From Paraperibacillus esterisolvens (GTDB taxonomy: Bacteria > Bacillota > Bacilli > Bacillales > DSM-1321): a DNA stretch of 24,000 nucleotides. The position numbers and the translations under genes are program-made. Positions 1 to 7,331 of this stretch are shown piece by piece. The DNA lies in the NCBI RefSeq assembly GCF_046237625.1, contig NZ_CP143545.1, positions 2,684,228 to 2,708,227 on the forward strand. The letters are read 5' to 3'. A model generated the notes under the pieces. That model was given only the letters and a program-made list of their open reading frames with translations. It ran no database searches and had not been told where the DNA came from. Every line of letters starts with the position of its first letter. Position 1 is the first letter of the stretch.

Positions 1-2096
1 TCTGCAAGGCCGATTCCTCCAGGGTAATGATCGTACAAAAAGATGGTCGGCTTACCGGTATGTGACGCCCTTATTTGGGATACCACGTGTATGTCGCTGC
101 GATCACACATTACATGAACAGGTACCACATGCTGCAGAACATTGGCAATTCCAAGCAGTAATTGTTCCATGCTTTTCTCTTCCAAGGCCGGGTCGCATTC
201 ATTTAACTCCAGCCAGGCAGCACTGGTATGCAATTCTTCTTCTGGTAAGTATATGGGTCCTGAGCCAATATTTTCGAATGTAGTCAGCTTGATTTTCTTG
301 AAAATTGTTGGAAGTATATTTATGGATACATCCCCGTAGTTTATAGCCGTTTCCCCTTTTGCCTGGGTCCGGTCTATTTCCAGCACTTTTAGATCTACAG
401 CCAGGTTAGCGTCCGTGTAGTACTCCACGTCAACTTCCCTTACATAAGCTTTTTTATGGTCCCAGTCTAACTTCTCTACTTGATATTGAACACCCTCATG
501 TAAGTAAATGGCTTCATCATGCAGAAGGGTCATTGCACTCAAACGGTCCATTTCACCAATAATCATATGATTAGCTGTGTCAGATTGGTCAATAATGACA
601 ACATTCTCCTGGGATGCAGACCTTAAGCTGATATTTCCAGCCGGGAAGGATTGGTTAGCCCAATAATATTTTTCTCCATTTTGATGGACAACCTTTTCCT
701 CGACTAAAAACTCTAAAATATCTTTAACATCCATAGGTCCAAATTCTTCATCATTTCTAAAAGGCAATTCATAAGCCGCGCATTTTAAATGATCTACCAG
801 GATAATAAGATTTTCCGGGTTAATCCTCGCTGACTCTGGAGTACGATCAAAGAAGTATTCCGGGTTTTGGACTATATACTGGTCAATAGGTGTAGAACTG
901 GCAACCATTAAGATAAGGGCTTCGCCATGCCTTCTGCCAGCTCGTCCAGCCTGCTGCCAGGTACTGGCGACACTGCCCGGATACCCAGTCATCACACAAA
1001 CCTGAAGCTGGCCGATGTCTACGCCAAGCTCCAGGGCATTTGTACTGACTACTCCCAGGATTTCGCCTTCCCTTAACCCGCGCTCAATTTCTCTTCGCTG
1101 CTTAGGGAGATACCCGCCCCGATATCCTCTAATGGACTTAGGCCCGATCTTATCTTTTATTAATTCCTGGATATGGCTTAGGATGATTTCCACTCTTACT
1201 TTCGTCCGTGCAAAAATGATTGTTTGAATCTTATTTTTCAGGAAGTCCTTAGCTAAATGGTTTACTTCAACGGTAGCACTCCGTCTTATATTTAATTGCT
1301 TGTTCACTATCGGAGGATTATAGAATACGAAGTGCTTTCTTCCTCTCGGGGCTCCGTTATCATCAATCAGCCGCATGGGGTTCCCTGTGAGCTGCTCCGC
1401 TAATTCTTTAGGGTTCGCAATCGTGGCAGAGGTGCATATAAAAATAGGGCTGCTTCCATAGAATTCACAAATTCTCTTCAGCCTTCTAATTACATTTGCT
1501 ACATGACTGCCAAAGACACCCCGGTATGTATGCAATTCGTCTATGACTACATACTTGAGATTTTCAAAAAGACTTACCCATTTTGTATGGTGCGGAAGAA
1601 TAGCCGAATGCAGCATATCAGGATTGGTAATGACAATATGCCCGGCTTTCCTGACTGCCTGGCGGATCGTCGGGGAAGTATCCCCGTCGTATGTGTAGCT
1701 TTTTATATCTATACCCATTTCATTAATGATCTCGTTTAATTCGCTTTTCTGATCCTGTGCCAGTGCTTTTGTAGGGAAAATATATAGAGCTCGGTTTGTG
1801 TCATTTTCTGCTATTGATTGAAGGACCGGAAGATTATAGCAAAGCGTCTTTCCGGAAGCTGTTGGAGTGACAGCAACAATATTTTCGCCTTTTCTAAGTG
1901 TTTCAAAGGCTGTATATTGGTGGCTGTATAGTTCATTTATTCCTCTTTTCTGCAGTGCTTCTTTAATCCTCACATCTACACCTGCAGGCATGGGTCTTGT
2001 TTTTGCTTCCTCAGGCTCAATTTCGTGCCAGTTAATGATGTTTTCATTTTTTCTAAGTTCTTCTATTATTTCAGACAGCGATTTCTTTTTAAACAT
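1..2096 (-). CDS. mrfA: DEAD/DEAH-box (DExH) helicase, YprA/MrfA family. Partial: roughly the last 50 aa run off the left window edge.
   Basis: This gene is absent from the ORF track because no stop codon lies in the window. My own translation starts at the ATG at 2096..2094, with a GAGGTG SD 10 nt upstream. It reads MFKKKSLSEIIEELRKNENIINWHEIEPEEAKTRPMP...YSHQYTAFETLRKGENIVAVTPTASGKT (Walker A), then VVIDELHTYRG (DExH box), TNALELGVDIG and QQAGRAGRR (motif VI). The parts I translated are stop-free, and the track reports no minus-strand ORF here. The frame reaches position 1 and ends ...VMCDRSDIHVVSQIRASHTGKPTIFLYDHYPGGIGLA. The family call and the neighbourhood match B. subtilis yprA (mrfA) from memory. 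Confidence 0.9.
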   Translation of the reverse strand, partial: MFKKKSLSEIIEELRKNENIINWHEIEPEEAKTRPMPAGVDVRIKEALQKRGINELYSHQYTAFETLRKGENIVAVTPTASGKTLCYNLPVLQSIAENDTNRALYIFPTKALAQDQKSELNEIINEMGIDIKSYTYDGDTSPTIRQAVRKAGHIVITNPDMLHSAILPHHTKWVSLFENLKYVVIDELHTYRGVFGSHVANVIRRLKRICEFYGSSPIFICTSATIANPKELAEQLTGNPMRLIDDNGAPRGRKHFVFYNPPIVNKQLNIRRSATVEVNHLAKDFLKNKIQTIIFARTKVRVEIILSHIQELIKDKIGPKSIRGYRGGYLPKQRREIERGLREGEILGVVSTNALELGVDIGQLQVCVMTGYPGSVASTWQQAGRAGRRHGEALILMVASSTPIDQYIVQNPEYFFDRTPESARINPENLIILVDHLKCAAYELPFRNDEEFGPMDVKDILEFLVEEKVVHQNGEKYYWANQSFPAGNISLRSASQENVVIIDQSDTANHMIIGEMDRLSAMTLLHDEAIYLHEGVQYQVEKLDWDHKKAYVREVDVEYYTDANLAVDLKVLEIDRTQAKGETAINYGDVSINILPTIFKKIKLTTFENIGSGPIYLPEEELHTSAAWLELNECDPALEEKSMEQLLLGIANVLQHVVPVHVMCDRSDIHVVSQIRASHTGKPTIFLYDHYPGGIGLA

Positions 2097-2363
2097 ACGT
2101 CGGCTTCACCTCTTTATAAGAAACAGTTTATCGAATATTTGTTTGGTTGACTAGACGTACGGATTAACAAAAAGTGGGAATTTTTTGCGCACATATAATT
2201 TTTGCTGCTGTTTCCCTCCTTTTTAAGTGTTTCCCTTAGTCCGCTGTTAAGGAAGCGGCTTCCTGCATTCGTCATGTTTCCCGGGAAAGGCAGAGAGCTG
2301 CAGAGTGTACTTGATGGTTCAAGGCAGGCTGCAGCCATAGACGTTATTTTTTATAAACAGAAT

Positions 2364-2387
2364 GTGGATTTCCGCTGCAGGCACTCG
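2364..2387 (+). repeat. Copy A of a 24-nt intergenic repeat core (GTGGATTTCCGCTGCAGGCACTCG)
   Basis: It matches the reverse complement of 4290-4313 (GTGGATTTCCGCAGCGGGCATTCG) at 21 of 24 positions, counted by hand. Both copies are intergenic. Both produce spurious track ORFs containing WISAAG(T/I)R (2362..2640 plus strand, 4259..4447 minus strand). The core resembles the dispersed GGAAAGCGAG...GCGGAAATC-type intergenic repeats I recall from some Bacillaceae genomes. Confidence 0.6.
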
Positions 2388-2442
2388 CTTTCCTCTGAGT
2401 CTCACCTGTCCGGCTGCCCCCGCATTGAAAAGCGGAAAGCGT

Positions 2443-2521
2443 TGCCTGCCAAATAAAAACTTATTTAGATTTATAGTTCAATGTTTTTCTTGGTTTAAAA
2501 CTGGCCCTAATTTGGCAGGCA
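2443..2521. repeat. Perfect 12-bp inverted repeat (TGCCTGCCAAAT / ATTTGGCAGGCA) flanking a 55-nt AT-rich spacer
   Basis: Arms at 2443-2454 and 2510-2521 are exact reverse complements, checked base by base. The spacer is aaaaacttatttagatttatagttcaatgtttttcttggtttaaaactggcccta. Function is unknown. Confidence 0.55.
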
Positions 2522-2543
2522 GAGACCCAGCAAACATAAGAAG

Positions 2544-2583
2544 AGCCGGCAATGGGAAGCGCTCTTTCTTCCCATTGCCGGCT
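2544..2583 (-). terminator. Strong stem-loop, probably the intrinsic terminator of the hydrolase gene
   Basis: A 16-bp perfect stem (agccggcaatgggaag / cttcccattgccggct) encloses an 8-nt loop. On the minus strand it is followed by the T-rich cttcttatgttt. It lies about 130 nt downstream of the hydrolase stop at 2714. Confidence 0.6.
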
Positions 2584-2713
2584 TGGATTATGACTCGGGG
2601 GTCGAAAACCTTGGAGCTGGATCAGGAGTCTCGCAGCTGAAGCGAAAGTCCATTTCTAAATAATTTGGATTCCTTACAAAAGTTTCCCAAAACAACAACT
2701 TTTCAGAGATACC

Positions 2714-3511
2714 CTACTTTAAAGATGAAATTTTGATCCATTCTTTTATGTTTTGGGCCAGCTCTTCCGGCGCTTCGATCATTCCCATATGTCCTGCCCC
2801 GGGAAGTACCGCTGTTTTAATATGCCGGCCTTCTGCTGAGAAAACCTTTTCCTGTGGAATCACTTTGTCTCTTTCCCCTGCCACGAGCAGCACAGGCTTC
2901 TGTGTCTCACGGAGGACCCTGTTCCTGTCCGGACGGCCATACATGGCCCTGAGCGCTCCTTTAGCTCCTTCTGGACTGGTCTTATAACCTATTTCTTTTA
3001 CATCTTCAACTTTTTCTTTCAGCTTCGTGAGCGAATCCCTGGAAAACAGATTTGGCACGAGGCGGTCAATAAACGGCTCAATACCCTTTTCTTCAATGAT
3101 ATTTATACCTTCGAGACGTACCTCCTTCGCTTCTTCCGAATCTGGGAATGCAGTCGAATGAATCAGGCTGAAACCCTTCAGCCGGGATGGGAAAAGTTCT
3201 GCAAACGCCAATGTTACATACCCTCCGAGGGAATGCCCCAGCATATACACTGATTCGAGTCCCTGTTCAGAAATGAAATTAAACAAATCCCTAGCCATAT
3301 CATCTATCTCGAAGGCTTCTTTTGCAGACGGACTGCCGCCATGTCCGCGCAGGTTGACAGTAATGACCGAATATTCTTCATTTAAATACGGAATCAATTC
3401 CTTAAAATATTCAGCACTTCCGCAAAATCCGTGCAAAAACAGGAGAACCTCCCCACCCTCTTTTCCTTCCCTTTTATATGAAAGGCTGCCTAATTCTTTT
3501 TTATCATTCAT
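2714..3511 (-). CDS. Alpha/beta-fold hydrolase (serine hydrolase/esterase-like), 265 aa
   Basis: This is a track ORF. It has an LFLHGF oxyanion-region motif, a GHSLGG nucleophile elbow, an acidic residue in GERDKV and a histidine in GAGHMG. A GAGGTG SD lies 7 nt upstream of the ATG at 3511. No equivalent gene sits at this position in B. subtilis 168, from memory. Confidence 0.9.
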   Translation of the reverse strand: MNDKKELGSLSYKREGKEGGEVLLFLHGFCGSAEYFKELIPYLNEEYSVITVNLRGHGGSPSAKEAFEIDDMARDLFNFISEQGLESVYMLGHSLGGYVTLAFAELFPSRLKGFSLIHSTAFPDSEEAKEVRLEGINIIEEKGIEPFIDRLVPNLFSRDSLTKLKEKVEDVKEIGYKTSPEGAKGALRAMYGRPDRNRVLRETQKPVLLVAGERDKVIPQEKVFSAEGRHIKTAVLPGAGHMGMIEAPEELAQNIKEWIKISSLK

Positions 3512-3693
3512 TTCCCAGCACCTCTGCTTCTTGTTTTGGAAGTACTTTTCCCTGCTTCATCAATTATAAACTGCTTGGCAGCCGAACATATTTTATTCAC
3601 GACCTGCCCCATTCCTTCATAGGCTGTTATCAAAAACATGTTTCAAGCCTTAGGCCGAAGCAGCAGTTTTGTAAAGAGGAAAGGAGAATTCCT

Positions 3694-4164
3694 ATGAAAC
3701 AGCCTGATTCTTCATCAAAGGAACCCAGAAAAGAGCCATTTTCTGAAATCAGGAGTGCTTTTGATTCATTTTTTCAAGAGAAACCCGTAAAAGGCTTTCT
3801 GCAGTCCCTTGATGAGCTGTTCAGTCATTCATTATTCACCGAGCGGTCTTTCCCAGTTGAAATTAATGAGGACAGCCATGAATATACAGTCTCTGCCAAG
3901 CTGCCTGGCATCCCCCGCCAGCAGATTCATATTGAGATGATTAAGCAATCCCTGATGATAACTGTCGTTGACACTGTGGAAACCGAAAGCAGAAATGATA
4001 CAAAGGCCTTTGTCCATAGGGAAAAAACGTCCAAGGCAATGAGCCGTACCATTGCGTTCACAAAACCTGTGAATGAAAAGCTGATCACGGCCAGTCATAA
4101 GGATGGTGTCCTTATCATTACCGTACCCAAGATAAGAGGGAAAAAGATTTCGATAAGTGAATGA
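3694..4164 (+). CDS. Hsp20/alpha-crystallin family small heat-shock protein, 156 aa
   Basis: The track ORF 3478..4164 overlaps the hydrolase start and has no SD. The internal ATG at 3694 is preceded by AAAGAGGAAAGGAGAATTCCT. The alpha-crystallin domain is readable: FPVEINEDSHEYTVSAKLPGIPRQQIHIEM...SRTIAFTKPVNEKLITASHKDGVLIITVPK. Confidence 0.88.
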   Translation: MKQPDSSSKEPRKEPFSEIRSAFDSFFQEKPVKGFLQSLDELFSHSLFTERSFPVEINEDSHEYTVSAKLPGIPRQQIHIEMIKQSLMITVVDTVETESRNDTKAFVHREKTSKAMSRTIAFTKPVNEKLITASHKDGVLIITVPKIRGKKISISE

Positions 4165-4168
4165 AATG

Positions 4169-4191
4169 GAACCCCATTAAGGGGTTCTTTT
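4169..4191 (+). terminator. Intrinsic terminator of the hsp20 gene
   Basis: Stem gaacccc / ggggttc, loop attaa, then TTTT. It begins 5 nt after the TGA stop. Confidence 0.75.
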
Positions 4192-4289
4192 CATAATTCT
4201 GAGGAGAACAAAATATTTAGCATATAGACTTCCGGCGCGAAGCTTTCGGCCTGCAAGTCTAAAAGGCCGCTTCCTCCGGCCTGTCCCCT

Positions 4290-4313
4290 CGAATGCCCGC
4301 TGCGGAAATCCAC
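4290..4313 (-). repeat. Copy B of the 24-nt intergenic repeat core, inverted relative to copy A
   Basis: The plus strand reads cgaatgcccgctgcggaaatccac. Its reverse complement matches 2364-2387 at 21 of 24 positions. It sits between the two convergent terminators of hsp20 and the yppG-like gene. Confidence 0.6.
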
Positions 4314-4383
4314 TGTCTTGTCCAGCAGCCAACTATTCGAAAACAGCCCCATCCCATCGGCGAATCACCCGATTGGCGCACGA

Positions 4384-4412
4384 TAAAAAGGAATCCCCTG
4401 GCGGATTCCTTT
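4384..4412 (-). terminator. Intrinsic terminator of the yppG-like gene
   Basis: The minus strand reads aaaggaatcc-gccagg-ggattccttt followed by TTATCG. It starts 7 nt after the TGA stop at 4419-4421. Confidence 0.75.
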
Positions 4413-4418
4413 GAGCTC

Positions 4419-5063
4419 TCATGTAGTAACTTTGAATAGGCCGCCAAATCCTTTTACAATGGAAGAAACCTGATTCATGGTGTTCATCATCTGCCCGGCA
4501 GTAGACATCATTTTATTAATATCGAAAGAGCCATCCTGGGTTTTAAACTGATTCATAATCGAAGAAAATCCGGAAGATTGCTGCTTCTGCATAAAGTTTT
4601 GTGAGGGATATGGGTTAGCACCCGGATGCATTTGTTTATTGGGCCCATAAGAATTTCCCTGCTGCGGTTTCAGAGGGTTTTCAAAGGGATTTGACTGAGG
4701 ATACTGTCCATAAGGCATTTGCTGAGGCACATATCCCTGATATTGTGACTGGTAGGGGTTTGTCTGCATATGGGCACCCTGATGGTACGAAAAGCCCTGG
4801 TACGGATTTACCGGATAATAACCAGCAGTGCCCTGGGGCAGACCGGCGGCTTCATGCTGCCCGTAATAATCAGGGCTCATTCCCTCGTACCCCGCGGCCT
4901 GCCCGTATTGAGGCACCTGATTCAGGTAGGGCCGGCCTGGAGCAGTATAAGGGACAATGCCCGCCTGATTATTTATATATCTTGGATCATGACTGAATTG
5001 GTTTGAAAAATATCCTGGCATCATCAGAACTCCATCCTCCTTCTCGGAACTAGGTGTTAACAT
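4419..5063 (-). CDS. yppG: YppG-like Q/P/Y/G/N-rich low-complexity protein (putative spore coat protein family)
   Basis: This is a track ORF. The C-terminus SSGFSSIMNQFKTQDGSFDINKMMSTAGQMMNTMNQVSSIVKGFGGLFK looks like the conserved YppG C-terminal module as I remember it. The position next to yppE matches B. subtilis. The start is ambiguous: ATG 5063 has a GGAAGGG SD 9 nt upstream, while ATG 5024 has an AAGGAGGA SD 10 nt upstream and would give 201 aa. Confidence 0.75.
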   Translation of the reverse strand: MLTPSSEKEDGVLMMPGYFSNQFSHDPRYINNQAGIVPYTAPGRPYLNQVPQYGQAAGYEGMSPDYYGQHEAAGLPQGTAGYYPVNPYQGFSYHQGAHMQTNPYQSQYQGYVPQQMPYGQYPQSNPFENPLKPQQGNSYGPNKQMHPGANPYPSQNFMQKQQSSGFSSIMNQFKTQDGSFDINKMMSTAGQMMNTMNQVSSIVKGFGGLFKVTT

Positions 5064-5105
5064 CCTATGCAGTCCCTTCCTGCCAGGTGCCTGCCCGGGA
5101 CGTCT

Positions 5106-5477
5106 TCATATGGTCTGTCTCAGATGTGCCAATAATACTTCAAGGGTATAGCGGATGGATTGAAGCTGGTTTTTAAACCTCTTCAAACTGGTGGAAGGAA
5201 AAAATGCCTGAACGGAGCATAGATTAATGAGCTCCCGGACCTGTTCAATCTGCTGGTTGTGCAGATAACGCGGTTTGTTCACGCGGATGCTGTCCAGCGC
5301 CTGTATTTCCCATTTCTCTGCGAGTGTGCCAGCATGTTCAGCAAAAGGCTTCACCTCACCGAAAAAGTCCCGTTCCTTTTTATCCAGTTTTACCTCATCA
5401 AATATCGTTTCTATTTTATCTGCCAGCTGAAGCAGTTCTCCTGTAGAGGCAATCAGCATATCTTCATTTTTGTTCAT
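5106..5477 (-). CDS. yppE: YppE family protein (DUF1798, helical bundle), 123 aa
   Basis: The track ORF starts at a TTG (5537) with no SD. The ATG at 5477 has AAGGGGGG 7 nt upstream and gives 123 aa, the length I recall for B. subtilis YppE. Its place in the ypp cluster is syntenic. Confidence 0.8.
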   Translation of the reverse strand: MNKNEDMLIASTGELLQLADKIETIFDEVKLDKKERDFFGEVKPFAEHAGTLAEKWEIQALDSIRVNKPRYLHNQQIEQVRELINLCSVQAFFPSTSLKRFKNQLQSIRYTLEVLLAHLRQTI

Positions 5478-5552
5478 AGTATGTCCCCCCTTTAGCCTGC
5501 TGTCTTTATAGTATAAGAACCGGGGAATAAAAGGCAAAAAAGAAATCCGGCC

Positions 5553-5810
5553 TTAAATTAAGGTGGGAGTCAGCTTCCCCTGGCGGATGCTCCCTTCATG
5601 CACCGGTTTTGCAGCCGCCCTTTCCATCAGCTTACCCGCCTCATCATATACAGCCTGGGATTTATGAAGCAGTTCTGTCCCTCTTTTCAATTGTTCATCT
5701 GCCTTTTGACTGGCGCTTGTCCCCAGGGTCACTTCCAGAGCTTCGAGCTGGGTATTGATATCAAGCAGCATTTTAAGTATTTCATCCTTTGAAATTATTT
5801 TTTCTGGCAT
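5553..5810 (-). CDS. yppD: Small helical protein at the YppD position, 85 aa
   Basis: This is a track ORF with a GGGAGGAAAG SD upstream of the ATG at 5810. The name rests on synteny (between yppE and sspM/yppC) and on similar size, not on a recognised motif. Confidence 0.65.
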   Translation of the reverse strand: MPEKIISKDEILKMLLDINTQLEALEVTLGTSASQKADEQLKRGTELLHKSQAVYDEAGKLMERAAAKPVHEGSIRQGKLTPTLI

Positions 5811-6015
5811 ACATGCTTTCCTCCCGTGGTTCGTTTTTCCTAATATTCTTGATGAAGCTGCAGACTTCCTTCACAGCTGACAAAAGTAGAAGCCATTCGG
5901 CAAAGAAAGTGCATGGTCTCCAGGAAAAACTGATTTTCGACATGTGAGCGTAAGCCCCAGTTTGAAGGAATGAAATAATCTGGCTTGCTAATCCTATAAA
6001 CAGGAGGTGTGATAT

Positions 6016-6120
6016 ATGAAAAAACAAGAAAGCAGTAAAAAGTCAGGAAATCAGACAAAGCAGAATGCGCCTGGATATGGCGATAAGAAATTGGTCGGTT
6101 CAAACCGCCCTTCTGAATAA
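6016..6120 (+). CDS. sspM: Small acid-soluble spore protein, SspM-like, 34 aa
   Basis: It is below the ORF-track size cutoff and was found by hand. An AGGAGGTG SD at 6002-6009 lies 6 nt before the ATG at 6016. Translation: MKKQESSKKSGNQTKQNAPGYGDKKLVGSNRPSE, then TAA. It is basic and hydrophilic, and its C-terminal KKLxGxNRPS motif matches my recollection of B. subtilis SspM (34 aa). Its position and opposite orientation between yppD and yppC also match B. subtilis. Confidence 0.65.
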   Translation: MKKQESSKKSGNQTKQNAPGYGDKKLVGSNRPSE

Positions 6121-6140
6121 TAGGAGCGCACATATTTCCC

Positions 6141-6180
6141 GCTTCCCCCGGCATACTTCTCGTTCTGGCACGGGGGGAGC
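6141..6180 (+). terminator. Imperfect GC-rich stem-loop, possibly the sspM terminator
   Basis: gcttcccccg (6141-6150) pairs with cggggggagc (6171-6180) with one G-U pair and a 20-nt loop. Only a weak T-rich tail follows (caacttcttt). The minus strand has no T-run. Confidence 0.35.
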
Positions 6181-6219
6181 CAACTTCTTTCATCCATAAT
6201 GGTTTCCCTCTAGGATGCC

Positions 6220-7197
6220 TTATTTTAAAAAAAGGTTAAATAATACCGCGGCAGCTTCCAGCTGCTTTTGTTTCTTCTTGTACCAGCCTGTCAGCTCTTT
6301 AATTTCCGGGTTCCCCGCTTCCTCAAACCAAGATTGTTTTACACCCCTTTTTTGATCCCAATTTTCCGATTCACGCCGATGATGACTTATGACTGGATAA
6401 ACCTTTCTCAGAAAGGGTGTCTCCCGCCGCTTTTCATAAGGGAAAAATCGTTCATAATCATGCCGCGAACCAGTATGTTCCGTAGTGATGCTAAACTTTA
6501 GGAATTTGTTAAAAAGACCCGAATCAAACAGGATCGCTGCTAGATTTTTACCAAGATCAATTCTGGCATCCAGATTCTTGAAATGATTCACGCTTAAGCC
6601 ATATAATTTTCCACTTCTTGTAGGAAAGAGCACCGTACTGAAGTGCATCCTGTCCTGCAGCAGGAAACCGCCACTGCTGAACACCCAGTTTCTATAAAAC
6701 TTCTGTTTCATTACTGGTGTATGTATCAAATTCTGTTCATTTATAATCAAGCTATACAAAAGTCTTTGCTCGTCCCCCTTCTCCCAGAAACATTCCCATT
6801 CATTTTTCATGAAGTCAGAAATATTAAAAAACGGGCATAAGTGAAACATTGGCCTCTTATTAATCGTCGAATAATGATAAAGGAGCAATCCCGGAAAGGC
6901 ATCATCAAAGATCAGCCAATTCGCTCTCTCATAAGTCAGGAACAAACGGCACCGGTACTCCACCGGCAATGCCCTTGGAAGCCATATGCCCTCCAGATCG
7001 CACATATTCCACCCGGCATTCCTTGACACCATGCTGGCCAAAAAGGCCCATTTGATTTCTGGATGCATATAAAAAAAGCGTGCGTACGCTTTAGTCCTGG
7101 ATATATTATCCGTGTTTTTCATTACGGTCAAATGCCTTATTAGTGCTATAATAGAATCTTCATCCTGATTAGGCTTAAAGCCAGGTGTAAATGCCAC
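6220..7197 (-). CDS. yppC: YppC family protein (DUF2515), 325 aa
   Basis: This is a track ORF with a GTG start at 7197 and an AAAGGAGG SD 7-8 nt upstream. Size and position, divergent from recU, match B. subtilis yppC. Confidence 0.8.
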   Translation of the reverse strand: MAFTPGFKPNQDEDSIIALIRHLTVMKNTDNISRTKAYARFFYMHPEIKWAFLASMVSRNAGWNMCDLEGIWLPRALPVEYRCRLFLTYERANWLIFDDAFPGLLLYHYSTINKRPMFHLCPFFNISDFMKNEWECFWEKGDEQRLLYSLIINEQNLIHTPVMKQKFYRNWVFSSGGFLLQDRMHFSTVLFPTRSGKLYGLSVNHFKNLDARIDLGKNLAAILFDSGLFNKFLKFSITTEHTGSRHDYERFFPYEKRRETPFLRKVYPVISHHRRESENWDQKRGVKQSWFEEAGNPEIKELTGWYKKKQKQLEAAAVLFNLFLK

Positions 7198-7331
7198 AAA
7201 AAAGCCTCCTTTGCCCGGGATAATGTCATCATGCTGATGATCACCTGTTAGGTTTTGCTGAAAAACAGTTTTAATTCCCCCCTTTCATATATTTTTTGCT
7301 ATTATATTATGAGAGTTAAGGAGGGGATGAA

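Noticed and set aside
62-2154. Plus-strand track ORFs (73, 65, 70, 78 and 95 aa) at the left end
   Set aside because: All are antisense to the continuous, motif-rich mrfA reading frame and lack SDs. The same reasoning applies to the other short ORFs nested in or antisense to dinG, asnS, aspB, panB/panC, nth, yppC, birA and cca.
2097-2222. Strong orphan SD-like AAAAAGGAGGGAAA (minus strand, about 2209-2222) and a 26-codon uORF (MCAKNSHFLLIRTSSQPNKYSINCFL) ending at the mrfA SD
   Set aside because: The nearest in-frame start is 19 nt from the SD, which is too far. The peptide has no recognisable features and I cannot test conservation here. It was noted only as a possible leader peptide and is not called.
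2114-2640. Track ORFs of 74 aa (minus), 84 aa (plus) and 92 aa (plus) in the mrfA-hydrolase gap
   Set aside because: They have no SD at a usable distance and run through the repeat core, palindromes and the 16-bp terminator stem. The 92-aa ORF shares WISAAG(T/I)R with the ORF at 4259-4447 only because both translate the same DNA repeat.
3583-3596. CGAACATATTTTAT, a half SOS box in the hydrolase/hsp20 divergent promoter region
   Set aside because: The left half-site is perfect (CGAAC) but the right half (TTTAT versus GTTCG) matches at only 2 of 5 positions. Neither gene has a functional link to DNA damage.
4259-4447. 62-aa minus-strand ORF
   Set aside because: It spans repeat copy B and the yppG-like terminator hairpin and overlaps the yppG-like stop. 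It is a repeat translation artefact.
5782-6193. 81-aa and 117-aa minus-strand ORFs between yppD and yppC
   Set aside because: They are antisense to the well-formed sspM-like gene, have no SD, and have odd Cys/His/Phe-rich composition. B. subtilis has no equivalent gene at this position.
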